Shown: positions 1 to 14,000 of the stretch, in pieces
Layout of the letters: each line of letters starts with the position of its first letter
Numbering within the stretch: position 1 is the stretch's first letter
DNA from: Rhynchobatus australiae
Taxonomy: Eukaryota
NCBI GenBank assembly: GCA_034780895.1
Contig: JAUZTB010000087.1
Coordinates: 85,955,153-86,019,152, forward strand
Direction of reading: 5' to 3'
Length of the DNA: 64,000 nt
Notes under the pieces: generated by a model
What the model was told of the DNA's origin: nothing
What the model saw: only the letters and a program-made list of their open reading frames with translations
The model's database searches: none
Translations under genes and position numbers: made by a program

Positions 1-154
1 TATTCCTAAAAAGAGGTTTAGCCAGCTATTTATTAAGGTTTTCCATGACTATAATTTTGTGCCATCTCTAATAAAATGCTAAGGATTTATACCTTTTTAA
101 TTATTATCAACTTGAATTTCCATTATCAAAAATCCCTCTGTTCAACTTGCTTTT

Positions 155-1100
155 AAAACATAAGAGCAAGCCATGCATCTTCTCAAAGCTACTTTGCAAT
201 TAAACAACATGAGGCTGATTCTTAACCTCTGCTTTCATACCCAGTTCCATGTTACTTGATTTCCTTCTGTCAAATATATAATGGTCTCAGCCTTGAACAT
301 ACTTGGTGAATAGCACCCTGAACATACTGAGTAGCATCCACATCCCTTGGATTAGAGAAGTACAAAGATTTGCAACTCTCTGAAGCACTTTCTTAGCATC
401 TGTGTTAAATGGTTTACCCTTCATTCTCCAATGTGCCACTAAATTCGAAACAGGTGTTGACCTTTCAAGATCTTGTCCACTAAGACTTTTCAGATCTTGT
501 CTACTTCAATAAGATCATTTCTCATTGCTTTAGGTACCATTGATAATAGGCCCATCCTCCTCCTAGGGCACCCCATCCCAGAAACCTATCTGGTGGACCT
601 TGGTTCCATTGTCTTAGGGCAAATGGATTATTTCTTGGGACAGAAGCTAAAAGCACACATGCAGCTCTTGGTGTGTTCTCGCCAAATATATGTACAATTG
701 CAACAAGGCCCATGTGGTTGTACTTCAATGTGCCTGCAAGAAAAGGTGATATATTTGGCTTCCATATGGTCAGCTAAATTTTTATGTTATTGAGTTTTGT
801 GTACAAGGAAAATGAAATTCTCCTGTATATGACTGTATAATTTCTCTCCATTTTTTTTTACACACACCAGCTTTCATTTCAAATTTTTTCACATAATATT
901 CTATTTGTCCCTTTTGAGCATTAACTTAATCCACCTGTATGCCCTTGCAGACTATCTGCATTAACTTCAGAGTTGACTTTCTCACCTATCTTTCTTTCAT
1001 CAGTAAACTTGTTTTTCAAACAAATCATGAATGTAGATTGTACATGGTTGAAGCCCCACCACTGTTCTTGCAACCTGCTATTAACTGTCTAATAGTTTAA
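155..1100 (-). mobile_element. Old CR1-type LINE 3' fragment (approximate bounds)
   Basis: Decayed antisense copy of the CR1 3' UTR and ORF2 end, similar to other copies in the window (for example 6200-6800 and 51780-52190). Confidence 0.55.
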
Positions 1101-1399
1101 ATATAATTCATTTAAACCCTTGTTTTATATCCTTCAGTGATCTGTCCATGTTTCTATTATTCCTTCTAAACCTGTGTACCCTGTATCCTCCAGTGTTTTT
1201 AGCATTTCATCAGTCTATGCCCCACTGCATTAATCTTCTCGCTGTTTATATTTCCAAGCCTTGTACTACAGGAAATCAGGTAAACAAATTTTGTGCATTT
1301 TCCCACAAATATGAGAGATGACTAGGTTATATTTTGTTGTCATTTGAGGCTAAATATTCACTAGGTTATGCAGCCCTGCATTTTATCTAATTTGTTATT

Positions 1400-1540
1400 T
1401 TATGCTCAACTGAGGGGGCAAGTATCTTAATGCCCCTCCCTTAACATATTACTGTAACACCTATTCCAAACTGAACTGGTGACAGCTTAGATGTGCTCAA
1501 GTTGGATTTGGAAAGTAGATGCTGTTGATTCTGCATCAGT
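1400..1540 (-). mobile_element. Deu-domain SINE (SacSINE1/AmnSINE1-like) 5' fragment
   Basis: gacagcttagatgtgctcaag...ggatttg resembles the head region of the longer copy at 47790-48160. Confidence 0.4.
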
Positions 1541-1921
1541 ATAAAGGTGTATTTCTGAATGCAACTTCCTGCTATGTGGCAATGACTCACTTTAGGCAAG
1601 ATCAGTCAGTACATCTTATGAGATATATTTTACGTTGCCAGTTTAAGAAATTTCAGTCACTTCATTTAATGGTACTTTTCAGTTTTTGATCCTGCTTAAT
1701 TATCTTTATTAATATATTGTATAAAGTGTACACAGTAATTAAATCAAATAAAGTGTACTTAAAAGGAAGGAACAAGAATTTCCTTTAGATTTTTTAAAAT
1801 CTTAATACGATCTTAGTTAAATACTTAACAAGAAATGGATTTGCAGAAAGACAACTGCCCAAATGAATTGGATAAAATAGTGTAGATCCAATATTGAATT
1901 TGCTTTTCTCTTATCCAACAG

Positions 1922-2067
1922 ACCTCTTCACCTAATACATCAAGTGAAAACTCACCAGTTAGCCCTCCTGATGAACAAGGACAAGGTGATGCTCCTCCTC
2001 AACTTGAGGAAGAGGAGCCTGCATTTCCTCACACCGATTTAGCAAAGCTGGATGATATGATTAATAG
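1922..2067 (+). CDS. USP9X: USP9X coding exon (human exon 3 equivalent), 146 nt
   Basis: ccaacag|ACC...AATAG|gtaagt; [49 protein letters not shown]. Confidence 0.96.
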
Positions 2068-5000
2068 GTAAGTGCACCTAATCTGAAACAATGATAATCT
2101 GCATTCATGTACAACTTGTTAATACTCTTTACATTTTGCAGGCCTCGTTGGGTGGTCCCAGTGTTGCCGAAAGGTGAATTAGAAGTTTTACTTGAAGCTG
2201 CTATAGACCTTAGTAAAAAAAGTAAGTAATTTTTGAAGCTATTTTAATTTTACAGGAAAATGAGTACTTTAGATTTTAGAATGCCAACAGATTGACCTGT
2301 TGAACTATTTCGTTATTTAAACATTGAGGAAAATACTTAGTTTTAATTGTATAAAGTAAAACTGAAGGCCCTTTTAGATTTGGAGGAATAAGATTGCAGT
2401 GAGCTATCTGAAAGTCAAAACAAAACTGCACATAGGGGATCTAAAATGGAAACAGAAAATGAAGGGGATATTCATCAGGTTAAACAGCATCTGTTGAGAG
2501 GAAATGGCATTAATATTTCTCTGATAGATGCTACCTGACCTGAGTATCCCCNNNNNNNNNNNNNNNNNNNNNNNNNNNNNNNNNNNNNNNNNNNNNNNNN
2601 NNNNNNNNNNNNNNNNNNNNNNNNNNNNNNNNNNNNNNNNNNNNNNNNNNNNNNNNNNNNNNNNNAAGGGAATGTTTTAAAGGAAAGGATTTGCCAGTAA
2701 ATATGTTTTATGCACAATATTTTCCTTATTTTTCATTGTCTAGTATAAAAGGAAATCTGTCACCTAGCTTAAAAATAATATCTTATGATTCGATATAATC
2801 ACAAGGGCAAGTATGCATAGGAAACATGCAGTTCTGTTCTCTTTATCCATGATAAACTTGTTCTCTGATCTCAGTGCTTCAGCATATCCTGGTATTTCTT
2901 TTTCTTGTGTACTTGCCAAGCTTTCCCTGAGATGCATCCATACTGTTCAGCTTATTTATTCCTTGTAATGCGTTTCCTATTGGATTTATTAGTCTTGGAT
3001 TTACAGGTCCTATGCTTTCGATGTGTAAGAACAGTTTCTTGACCTCTGCACTACCAAATCCTTTTGAGATTGAAATACTTAAAATGTTCTTTCAAGATTC
3101 TGGTCATGGAATGTGAGTGTTTTTCCTTAGTTGGTATCAACTGCTTGAGTAAGAAGACTGCAATCAATTGATGACTGTCACTCTTCAAGCGTGTCAACAG
3201 CTTGATGTTGGATGAACATGTCAGTTTTCTGAGCTGATCTTTTTGAATTGCAAAACCTGTTCATGTTCCAACTGTGCCAAAAAATTGCTTCAAAGCTATA
3301 TTGCATGCTACCTTATTGATAAATTGTGTACATTATGGTTTTGCCTATCAATTTACAACTCTATACAATTCAGCTTATGCGCCAGATATTAATGCTATTC
3401 AGTGGCATTTTGTAATTCTTCAAACTATGTAAGTGAAGTATAGTCTTGACTATGGATCATAATATAAATTGAAAGCTGCATTGTTTTGTCTCACGCTTTG
3501 ATTAATAAAAAGTAAATGTGTAGTTTTGACATTGAAACTTTGGCCCAAAGTTTTAATTCACAAAGGTTTCAAAATTGGAATTGCAGGTTTAACTGTGAAC
3601 CTGGTGCGCAAGAGATTATTCCCTTGAGCATTTTATTCAGATATTTAAATTAGATTCTTGAATAAATTCTAATAGTGCAGAATGATGGGTAATTTGAATT
3701 CATAATGTTTAAATCATGTAAAATCAAACTTAGTTCAGTTCCAGATTCATTGGTATTTGACTTGAAAATGGCTCTCTCAAAATAGTTGGTAGTGTGCTGA
3801 GTTATATCAATTTAATTTTTAATCTATATTTAGTAAAACTCTGATAATCAGCTGTCTGGTTATTCGGAAATCCCCGTGGTTTGGCATCTTGCTAACTGAT
3901 TTTTATTTTCTTTGTTCCCCGCAATCTTTTAAACCCACTTAGTTCTTTTTCCAACGCTCAATTTAAACTNNNNNNNNNNNNNNNNNNNNNNNNNNNNNNN
4001 NNNNNNNNNNNNNNNNNNNNNNNNNNNNNNNNNNNNNNNNNNNNNNNNNNNNNNNNNNNNNNNNNNNNNNNNNNNNNNNNNNNNNNNNNNNNNNNNNNNN
4101 NNNNNNNNNNNNNNNNNNNNNNNNNNNCCAAATTAAAATTGTGTTGGGGGTATTAAAAGGAATAACATTGAATACCTAGAAAATCTGCCAGTCCAGCACC
4201 ACCAAAGTCTCAAGCAGGCTGGATTGATGGTGTTTTACTGTACATAAATATCACAAGGACAATTTTTTATGATTTATCCTGATTTATGATGGAGGTATTG
4301 TTAATTGCTAAATGTATACAATATTTATGATTTTTCTTTCATTTCAAGGCCTTGATATTAAAAGTGAAGCATGTCAACGCTTTTTTCGTGATGGACTCAC
4401 AATTTCTTTCACAAAAATTCTAACAGATGAGGCTGTGAGTGGCTGGAAATTTGAAATTCATGTAAGTATCTTCTTATAGTAAAATGCTTAACTTTAATTT
4501 TATGAAATAAAAGTATTAGAGTATTCCTAATTCATACTAACTTAAATGATTTAGTGAAACTTTTTAAGCTTATGCAGCTGCTTGCATTGCCCCAAGCTTT
4601 TTTCACTTTAATTATTAGCAATTTTTATCCTTTCACTTTTAATGGACAACTAGCCATATAGCAGTGATTCAGATTCTTTCACTGTTCCCATGATAGCTTA
4701 ATTTTAATTGGGAATGTTGCTTTACCAGATGTTTTATTGTTAAATATTTGTGGCTTCATAATTTAAAAGAGTAGGATGTAATGAATCTTGAGGATAAGCA
4801 ATGTATGGGATTTTTAAATTGTTGGAAAGACACCAAAGAGTGTGCAGAAACGATGATATTGGGTTACAGATACATAATTTTTCAAAAGTTCATGTACAGC
4901 TTGGTAAAGTCTTTAAACAGATTTGGGTTTTAATATATTAGAGGGTGAGTCCAGGAAAACCATATGTAAAAATAGTTTGGATTTTTATAATAGACCACAA

Positions 5001-8000
5001 GCATTTTCCTTTATAATATTCATTGGACCTTGCAGCAGGGATATATGCAGCATCTATCCCTAATTGCCCTTGATGATGAGCTGCTGCCATGAACCACAGT
5101 AGTCTTTTGTACATTTTGGTAATAACTTGAAGCATTTTGATGCAGTGGGAGTGAAGGATTGGTGATACTTTTCCAAGTCAGGATGGAGAATGATTTGAGT
5201 AGGATTAGGCAGGTGGTGTTGCTCCCCTCTCTCTGCTTCCCAGTTTTTCCAAGTTATGTTGATCGTGGGTTTGAGAGGTACTGTTGAAGATGCCTTGACA
5301 AGTTCCTAACTGGAGCAGACTGTACCCAAGTGTAGAGGTTGGTGTACAACTTGGCCAACTCCTTTGTGTTGGATATGAAGCTTGAGCGCATGCATCTGGG
5401 CAAATGTTCCATCATACCCCTGCTTTCTGCCTTGTGAATGATGAAAAGACTTTGAGGAGTCGGGGGTTGAGTCACTTAAGTACAAATGTGGCAGGAGTGG
5501 GTCACTGGCCCCTTGAGTCTGCTCCACCATTTGAGAAGGTCATGGCTAATTTGATTGTAAACTCAACTCATCATTCCTGTCTATGCACTGTAACCTTATT
5601 CAACAAGGATCTTTCCATCTGTGCCTTAAATATTCAAAGACTCTGCTTCCTTTTCCTAGAATTGTGCAGCACAGAAATGGGCCCTTTTGCCCAACTCATC
5701 CATGTCAATCACGATGCCTAAATAAACTAATCCCATTTGCCAGGATTAGGGCTGCATCCCTGTAATTCTTTAAGTATCTGTCTAAATGCCTTTTAAACAT
5801 TGTAATTGTATCAGCCTCCATCACCTCCTCCGGCAGCTCATTCCAAATAACCACCATCTTGTGTGTGAAAAAACTTGTCCCCTCAGATCTCCTTTAAATT
5901 TCTCACCTCTCACCTTAAACCTATGCCCTCTAGTTGCAAACTCTTGTGTCCTGGACAAAAGACTATTTATCTTATCTTTGCCCCTCATAATTTTATAAAC
6001 CTCTATAAGGTCACCCCTCACCCTCTGTGTTCCAGTGAGAATAAACCTGCCTATCCAATCTCTCCTTAGAGCTACATCCTGGTGAATCTCTTCTGTGCAC
6101 TCTCTTTTTACCAATTCCTTCCTGTAGCGTGGCAACCAGAACTGGGCACAATGTTTAAGTGCAGTTACCAATATTTTGTACAGCCACAAGGAAGACAAGT
6201 TTGAGGAAGATGATTCCAAAAATCCATGACCTTAAGAGAAATGCTTTTGCTTCATCTCCATCTTAAGTGGGTGACCCCTTTTAAATAGTGACCCTTAGTT
6301 CTGTATTCTCCCACAAGAAACCTCATCACCACATCCATCTATCAACAACCCTTCAGATCTGATGTGTATCAATCAAGTTCCTCCTTGCTCTTCTAAGCTC
6401 TGGTACAATCAGACCTACCCTGTCCAGTGTTTCCTCATAGGACATCTTGCTCATTTCAGTTCTCAGTCCAGTAAACCTAGTGCATTAACATCTTTTCCTT
6501 TAAATGAGGAGACCAAGGCTGTATACAATGCTTCTGATGTAGTCTCAGCAATGCCCTGTATCACTGAAGTATAACCTATCCACTTCTGTATTCAATTTCT
6601 CTGGCAATAAGTATTTAACCTTCTGTTAGCTTGTAATACCTGTATACTAGCCTTGTTGCAAATCATGCACAAGAATAGCAATTTCATCCTGCACTTCAGA
6701 ATTCTGTAATTTCTCTCCTTTTCAATAAATATCCCTTTGTTATTTATGTATGTTAAAATGGACATTTTCATTTTTCCAGTTTACTCCAGTTACCAGATCT
6801 TATTATTGAATACTGTCTCTGATCTGCTATTGCATCCACAATATTTGGTGAAAGATTTGACAATACTAATGTTGCCAAATGTTGAAAGGGAAGTTAAAAT
6901 ATTTTGTTNNNNNNNNNNNNNNNNNNNNNNCATGCCTTCATCGGATGGGACACTGAATACAAGAGTTGGATGTCATATTTCAGCTTGTGCCTGAATGTCC
7001 TCTCGCAGTATTATGAAATTGCCTGGATTCTATGATGGGAATGATACAATGGTTCATTTGCTCAGCCTGAAATGAACACTCAAGTGTTTCATCTAAAAAC
7101 CTCTCATTATGACTGTTAATACAGTCCTTTATTCATACCATTGATTCCTGAGATTTTTTTAAAACTTTGTGTAGGACTTTAATGATGGAAATGGTTTATC
7201 AGTTTTGATAAACTGAAATTTGTTGCATTTTATGTGGTAAAGAAATTTTTACCACTGAATTGAAAATTTTGTTTAATAGGGAAAATGAATTCTATAGGTG
7301 ATGCACTTTCAATTTCATTATAATGGCATTTTGTGCAAGTCAAAGATAAATACAATCGTGCTTCATGTCCATCTGCTAAAATGACAACTCTTTCCTTGGA
7401 CGGGTTTGCTGCAGAGTTCACATATTGTTCTTGGCGAGATCCCAAATCATGTGTTCTCTATCCTCAAGCCCTGGACTAACTTTAAAGGTGTGTCTCTAGT
7501 CCCTCACTGCAATCACATGTCTAAGTTATTATCAGCATTGCTGAGCCAACTGGGATATGAAGGTGATTTAGGACCTTCCAGGTGGTCCATTTCACTTTTA
7601 ACCCCTATCCTATATGCTTGTCCCATTCTCATGATCTGCATGTTGCACCAGCTGCAACTCCTTGCAGGTGGTCACACTAATGGTGGCTATAATTTTTGTC
7701 ATGTAATCTTGGGTGTTTTTCTGCAATCACACAAACATGCAGAGGGTCCTGATGAAGGGTCTCAGCCCGAAATGTTAGATCTTCATTTCCCTCCATTAAT
7801 GCTGCCTGACCTGCTGAGTTGCTCTTGCATTTCGTGTATGTTGCTTCAGATTTCCAGCATCTGCAGTCTTTCTTGTGTCATAAGGTGACTACCAGTCTCT
7901 ATTTGCTGCATCATTTCTCCTTGATGAGCAATTGCTCTCTAGATGTTCAATGTTAATGTTACAATGAGGACATATAATGTGTTGCCATTTGTTTGTAATT

Positions 8001-11000
8001 TTGTGAGTGGAGAAAAAACCCTTGCAACAAGAGCAACTATGTGTGAGCATAGAAGTTTTTTAACACTGGAGAGATCAAAACCTCATCTTTTGAGTTTGAT
8101 GTTTCAGGCATTGTCTTGACTTAGCTTTTCCTCTGGCTCTTGAAAGTGTGTGATGTGGGGTTACTCTGAGGTAAATTAGATTTGTGGAATGAGTGAGATG
8201 GATGTCATACCCCATGCTGTTTAGTATTTTACTCGTGTTTAGTGATTCAACCAGCTCCATCATGGGAACAACTCTCCCCAATATTGAGGCCATCTTTAAG
8301 AGGCAGTGCCTCAAGAAGGTGGCATCCATCACTAAGGGCACTCACCATCCGGGACATGCCCTCTTCTCGTTACTACTATCAGCGAGGAAGTACAGGAGTC
8401 TGAAGATCCACACTCAACAATTCTGATTTTTGAATGTTCCATGAACACTACCTTGTTATTTTTTTTGTACTATTTATTTAAATTTATAGTAATTTTATGT
8501 CTCTGCAGTGTACGGCTGCCACAGAAACAAATTTTGCATCATATAAGTAGGTCATAATAAATCTGATTCTGACACGCATCACATTTTGCAGTTAGAGGAA
8601 GTTGACGTGTGATGTGTTTGGGTTTGGATTAAGTTGATCCTAGGCAATTTTGTCAGCCTCATTAGTGTAGCTTGCGAGAAGTCTCCTGCTTTTGTTGCTT
8701 TCACCACTTAAAGCTATGAGTATTTGAATGCATTGGTTAGTAATTTTTACAAATAAAGAGCTGTGGTGCAAGCAGCAGCAACTGCTGCATTTTTCATCTT
8801 GGTTCAAAGTAAAAGCAGCTGTTTTCCAAAACTGTTGGATCATCCAGATCAACTGCTGTGGTCCCTAATTTAGGATCCAGAATTAAAAATTAAGATGAAA
8901 ATATTTTAGTGCTCCCATTCATGCCTGCTTTTATTGGTTTTAGAATAATGTTGCTCAACCAATTATGAATGACTTTGTGTGGTTAAAATATCATGCGGTC
9001 CTGTCTTGACTCAACTTTATAATTATAATATCCACATCCCCAAGAATGGAGATCTTGCTGGAGGACAATGAACAATGTTAAATACACATGCTCATTCAGT
9101 TTGAGATGAGGAAACTTAAGTCTTTTTAAAAAAAAAGGTTGGAAGCATGTAAAATTTTCATGGTTTAAAAGGTAATTCACAAAAAATACTCACTATGCCT
9201 AGTAATGCAATGGATGTCTGCATTCAGAACATAATACTTTACTGTATTNNNNNNNNNNNNNNNNNNNNNNNNNNNNNNNNNNNNNNNNNNNNNNNNNNNN
9301 NNNNNNNNNNNNNNNNNNNNNNNNNNNNNNNNNNNNNNNNNNNNNNNNNNNNNNNNNNNNNNNNNNNNNNNNNNNNNNNNNNNNNNNNNNNNNNNNNNNN
9401 NNNNNNNNNNNNNNNNNNNNNNNNNNNNNNNNNNNNNNNNNNNNNNNNNNNNNNNNNNNNNNNNNNNNNNNNNNNNNNNNNNNNNNNNNNNNNNNNNNNN
9501 NNNNNNNNNNNNNNNNNNNNNNNNNNNNNNNNNNNNNNNNNNNNNNNNNNNNNNNNNNNNNNNNNNNNNNNNNNNNNNNNNNNNNNNNNNNNNNNNNNNN
9601 NNNNNNNNNNNNNNNNNNNNNNNNNNNNNNNNNNNNNNNNNNNNNNNNNNNNNNNNNNNNNNNNNNNNNNNNGGTGTGTACAATAGCAACAAAGATTGAC
9701 AAAATTAGGATATTAGAACTATTAATATGATTCAACTGATGAGTGGAAATGCTCATCGTTTTTTTTAACAGATCTGATCTATTATTGCAGACTCCAGTTT
9801 AATGCTTAACTGACTTTTCTTTTTCCCTTAAGAGATGTATTATAAATAATACCCATCGCCTCATAGAACTGTGTGTGGCCAAGCTGTCCCAGGACTGGTT
9901 TCCTCTTCTTGAACTCCTTGCAATGGCCTTAAATCCTCACTGCAAATTTCATATCTACAATGGTACCCGTCCCTCTGAAACTGTTCCTGCTGGAGTGCAG
10001 CTAGCTGAAGATGAACTCTTTGCACGTCCGCCTGACCCACGTTCACCCAAGGTTAGGAGAAACTAAAATTGTTATTTCCATTTGAATTTCATAATTGCAA
10101 ACAAACTAACAGTTGTTAGAATTATTATGAGTGTTGTTATTGTAAATGCACCATACCAAACTCGTATCTTGGGGTTGGCTTGTTTTTAAATCTTGTAAAA
10201 TAATTTTAGGGATTTACATTATTTTTTTGAAGTTTCTTTTATTACACTTTTCAATGTATGAATCCCTAGAATGGAAATTTGAAATAATTACAAATTGAAA
10301 GCAGCACATTTAGTATGCAAAGATAACATTTTCAAACAAGTGATTTGTCCATTTCCTCTTCTATTACCCAAATTTTAATTAGTTTCACAGTGGTGACAAA
10401 GCAAAATTATAAAGACCGATTTAAAAATTGGTCTCTTAAAAGTTTCTAAGTTTATTCTACAAATGTAAGCCAAGCATGCTGACATCGTGCTGGAAACACT
10501 CAACAGAACCAGCAGCACCTGTGGAAAGAGAAACAGTTAAGGTTTTGGGTCACAGACCCTTCTGATGAAGATTTTGGACCTGAAAAGCTAACACTCTCCA
10601 CAGATGTTGCCTGACCTGAGAGTTAGCAGCATGTTCTGTTTTTATTTCAGATTTCCAGCATCTGGAATTTATTTCTTTTTCATGTTAATATCATTACAGA
10701 TTTCATGTCAGATTTCTACTGAGTTACATTTTCTGTTGGAGCAGAAGCTGATGTGCTAAAATTGCAGTTAGGAGGGAGTGATTAGCTGGGATTTCCATAC
10801 TTGATATTTGTTTTAGTTCTGGTTCAATGAACATGGATCTGAAAGCTAGAAACTGTTTAGCTAAAGTACCACTGATTGAATAGCCTGTCAGAGGTTTCAG
10901 GTGATGGAGCATGGGTGTGGAATTAAACATTTTAAGAATTAATATCTTTAGAAGTGGATAGGAAAATTGTTGATAGCAAAAATGAAATAATTTTTTTAGT

Positions 11001-14000
11001 GTATTGGGCTGCTGTTCTTTCTATGGCCAGTAATTGATGGTTAACAATCTAATATACTTGCGTAGTTGTCTCCTTCCTTTCACTGCTGGATTTAAAGATC
11101 TGTGGTCGGAATTAGTCTGTTATTATGAAGATTTCTAATGGCTGCAGACATGCAACATGATCAATTACAACTATTTTCAAGAAATAATGTTTCGGTGGAT
11201 TACAGTATTTATTACCAAGCTCTTTGACTCCTTTTCAAGCATTGGGATGAAAGTATATTGATGCAGAACTGTGGGAATTTAGTACCGGTGTGCATCAGAG
11301 GTATATTTAACATGATGGTCAGTGCTGAAGCAGCATGAACTATGGTAAGATCTTTCACATTCTGAAAATATTCCAATAAAGTTCATGTTGGTATGTAGAT
11401 TAATTATGATATTTTCATAAAATTAAAGCTAATGTTAAATTGGCTTGCCACTATGACTGACCTATGAGTTCTATGAGCTGTAGCCAAAGTACTTGTCCAG
11501 CAAGGCACGATCCTGGAAGTACAAGAGTTAACAAGTTCTGCACTTTTGCAACTGTTGATTTGCAGGAGCACTGATCAGGGCACAGCTACTTGTGCTTATA
11601 AAATACTCAGTATTGTAGAACCTGAAGAAATATATGTTGGTTTCTCTTGAAGTTTGATTTGTACACTGAAAGTGAAAGGATGAGCTTTTGGTTTCCCCCT
11701 GACAGCCAAAGCATTGTTACAAACAGTTTAATGTATATAGATGACATGAATTTTGACTTTTAACTTCTCTATAGGGTTGGCTTGTGGATCTTATCAACAA
11801 ATTTGGGACATTAAATGGATTTCAGATTCTACATGATCGATTTGTCAGTGGTTCAGCATTAAATGTTCAGATAATTGCAGCACTCATCAAGTAAGCAGAT
11901 TTTTTGACATGTTAATAATTTAAATGTTTGAAGAACTGAGCAATAGTTTTTAAAGTGAACAATTCAGCAATGGCATTTGTCAGGTATTTATAATTAAGAT
12001 ACATTAAATGTTTTGAGGTGGATGGCTACTGGAAGAATAGATGGTGATGAGTTGTAAGGGAAGGATATTGCAACCACAGCAAAGCAGGTAATATCTTTTC
12101 CGCAGACTTGACTACAAACCATGCTGACGTTCTTGAGAAATACTGGGCTTTTAGGGGTGACACCTGTCAGATGAGATGATACTGGTTGGAGCCAGAGCTT
12201 ACTAAGAAAGGAAATGTGATGGAGAGCAATTATCACAGCTACATGAAATTTCCTGGTAGAAATTCCTCAAAGTAGTTTCTCAGGCATAATCACTTTCAAT
12301 TGTTTCATAATAAGCACCCATCCATCACAAGGTCTGAAGAAGAGGTGTTCACTCATTCCAGCATATTCAATTCCATTTGCAATTTGGTAAACAAAACAGC
12401 CTTTGCCTGGCTGTAAAAGGGTCTAGACAAATTCAAGGCATAGGCTGAGAAATTTATATGTACCAGCCTCTTAAATATTGTGACCAAGAGCAACTTTTCT
12501 CTTGCCTCACAAAAGCCTTTATCTGCATTACACGTGTTTAGGGGTGTAATGAAATATTCCCCATATCCCTTGATGAAGGGCACTTTGAAACTATGNNNNN
12601 NNNNNNNNNNNNNNNNNNNNNNNNNNNNNNNNNNNNNNNNNNNNNNNNNNNNNNNNNNNNNNNNNNNNNNNNNNNNNNNNNNNNNNNNNNNNNNNNNNNN
12701 NNNNNNNNNNNNNNNNNNNNNNNNNNNNNNNNNNNNNNNNNNNNNNNNNNNNNNNNNNNNNNNNNNNNNNNNNNNNNNNNNNNNNNNNNNNNNNNNNNNN
12801 NNNNNNNNNNNNNNNNNNNNNNNNNNNNNNNNNNNCAGTCTTTTCTCCCCCAAAGCATCAATTTTATCTTTTACCTTGATGCAATTTCTATTAATTCCTG
12901 TAATGCCGTTTTTGTTTTGTAACATTGCATGTTCCATTCAGCCTTCATATTGTGGAGAACTGGATGCATCTAGCAACAAATTTTGATAGCAGCTACTTGT
13001 TTGATTTGTTCTTCGTCTTGTGAATATATGTAAGGTATATATATTGTGCTCTCGTCTACAGAAGAATCCAAATTCATATTGGGAATTTTCTCCATAAAAT
13101 AACTGTTTCTATATTCTTGCACCATTTGATAGTTTGTATCAATGAGGGGACAACTTGTGTAAATGCACCTCATTACTGGAGCAGTTTGCGATACTTGGCT
13201 GATCATGTACACTGCTTGAAATATCTTTATCTTTTAAATTACATCACTTTGCCACTGTCATTTGTTTAACTTGCATTAAAGTTTAGTAATTTATTCTGTG
13301 CAGTTATCTTTTTTGGCATTCAGATTGTTCAGTGTTACCTTGCCTTCAGCTGTGCATCTCTCCAGTTTTCTTGTCTACCTGATATATCTTTCTCTGCAGA
13401 ATGTATTGAGTGGTCTCATCTCAGTATATTGTTTATCTATATTAAATACAGTTGTGCTTGATCTGATATGAAATCGATCCACTAAAAGTTAGCAAAGCAA
13501 TGTTCAGTGTTTGACCATGATCTAGTTTCTAATGAAGATGCGACTTTGTGGTTCTAAAATTCTTCAAAGAATGTGTACCACAATGTTCAAACGAAACGAT
13601 ATATTTATATTTTGTAGTAAGATTGGTTGTTGGAATGAAAATTTAAGGACAATGGAAAGACAATGTTGAGTACATTCCATATCTGCAATTATCTTTTACC
13701 TGTGTGATTTTCGTTGCCCAGTATTAAAATAAACTAAGTTGCCTCTTCAAATGTCTTTTGTGTACTGTTTATTGGCTATTGATATAATATAAATTTGGTG
13801 CTGGAAATTGGAGTTTTTAATATCAGCATTGTGTTTAGGCTGGTATGCCTTAGTACATCAGCAAATTTTAGACAGCTGAATCTCTTATCCATTTGGCAAT
13901 TTAACCTGCTGATGACTTACTTGCTCAGATACCAGAGGGACAAAAAAATTCTTTAGGTTTAAAGATTTTCCCTCGAAGCTGTGGTAGAAAGTAAAATGTT

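Noticed and set aside
7406-7888. 160-aa ORF on the + strand
   Set aside because: It lies in an intron, has no recognisable domain, and its C-terminus is a translation of the Penelope pLTR repeat.
9736-9777. TGATGA...CTGA with a small hairpin (C/D snoRNA-like or hammerhead-like)
   Set aside because: The C-to-D span is only about 40 nt, there is no terminal stem, and no stem II lies between CTGATGA and GAAA.
9760-9832. Upstream AG acceptors (9771, 9790) before exon 6
   Set aside because: One is out of frame and the other introduces TAA; there is no support for use.
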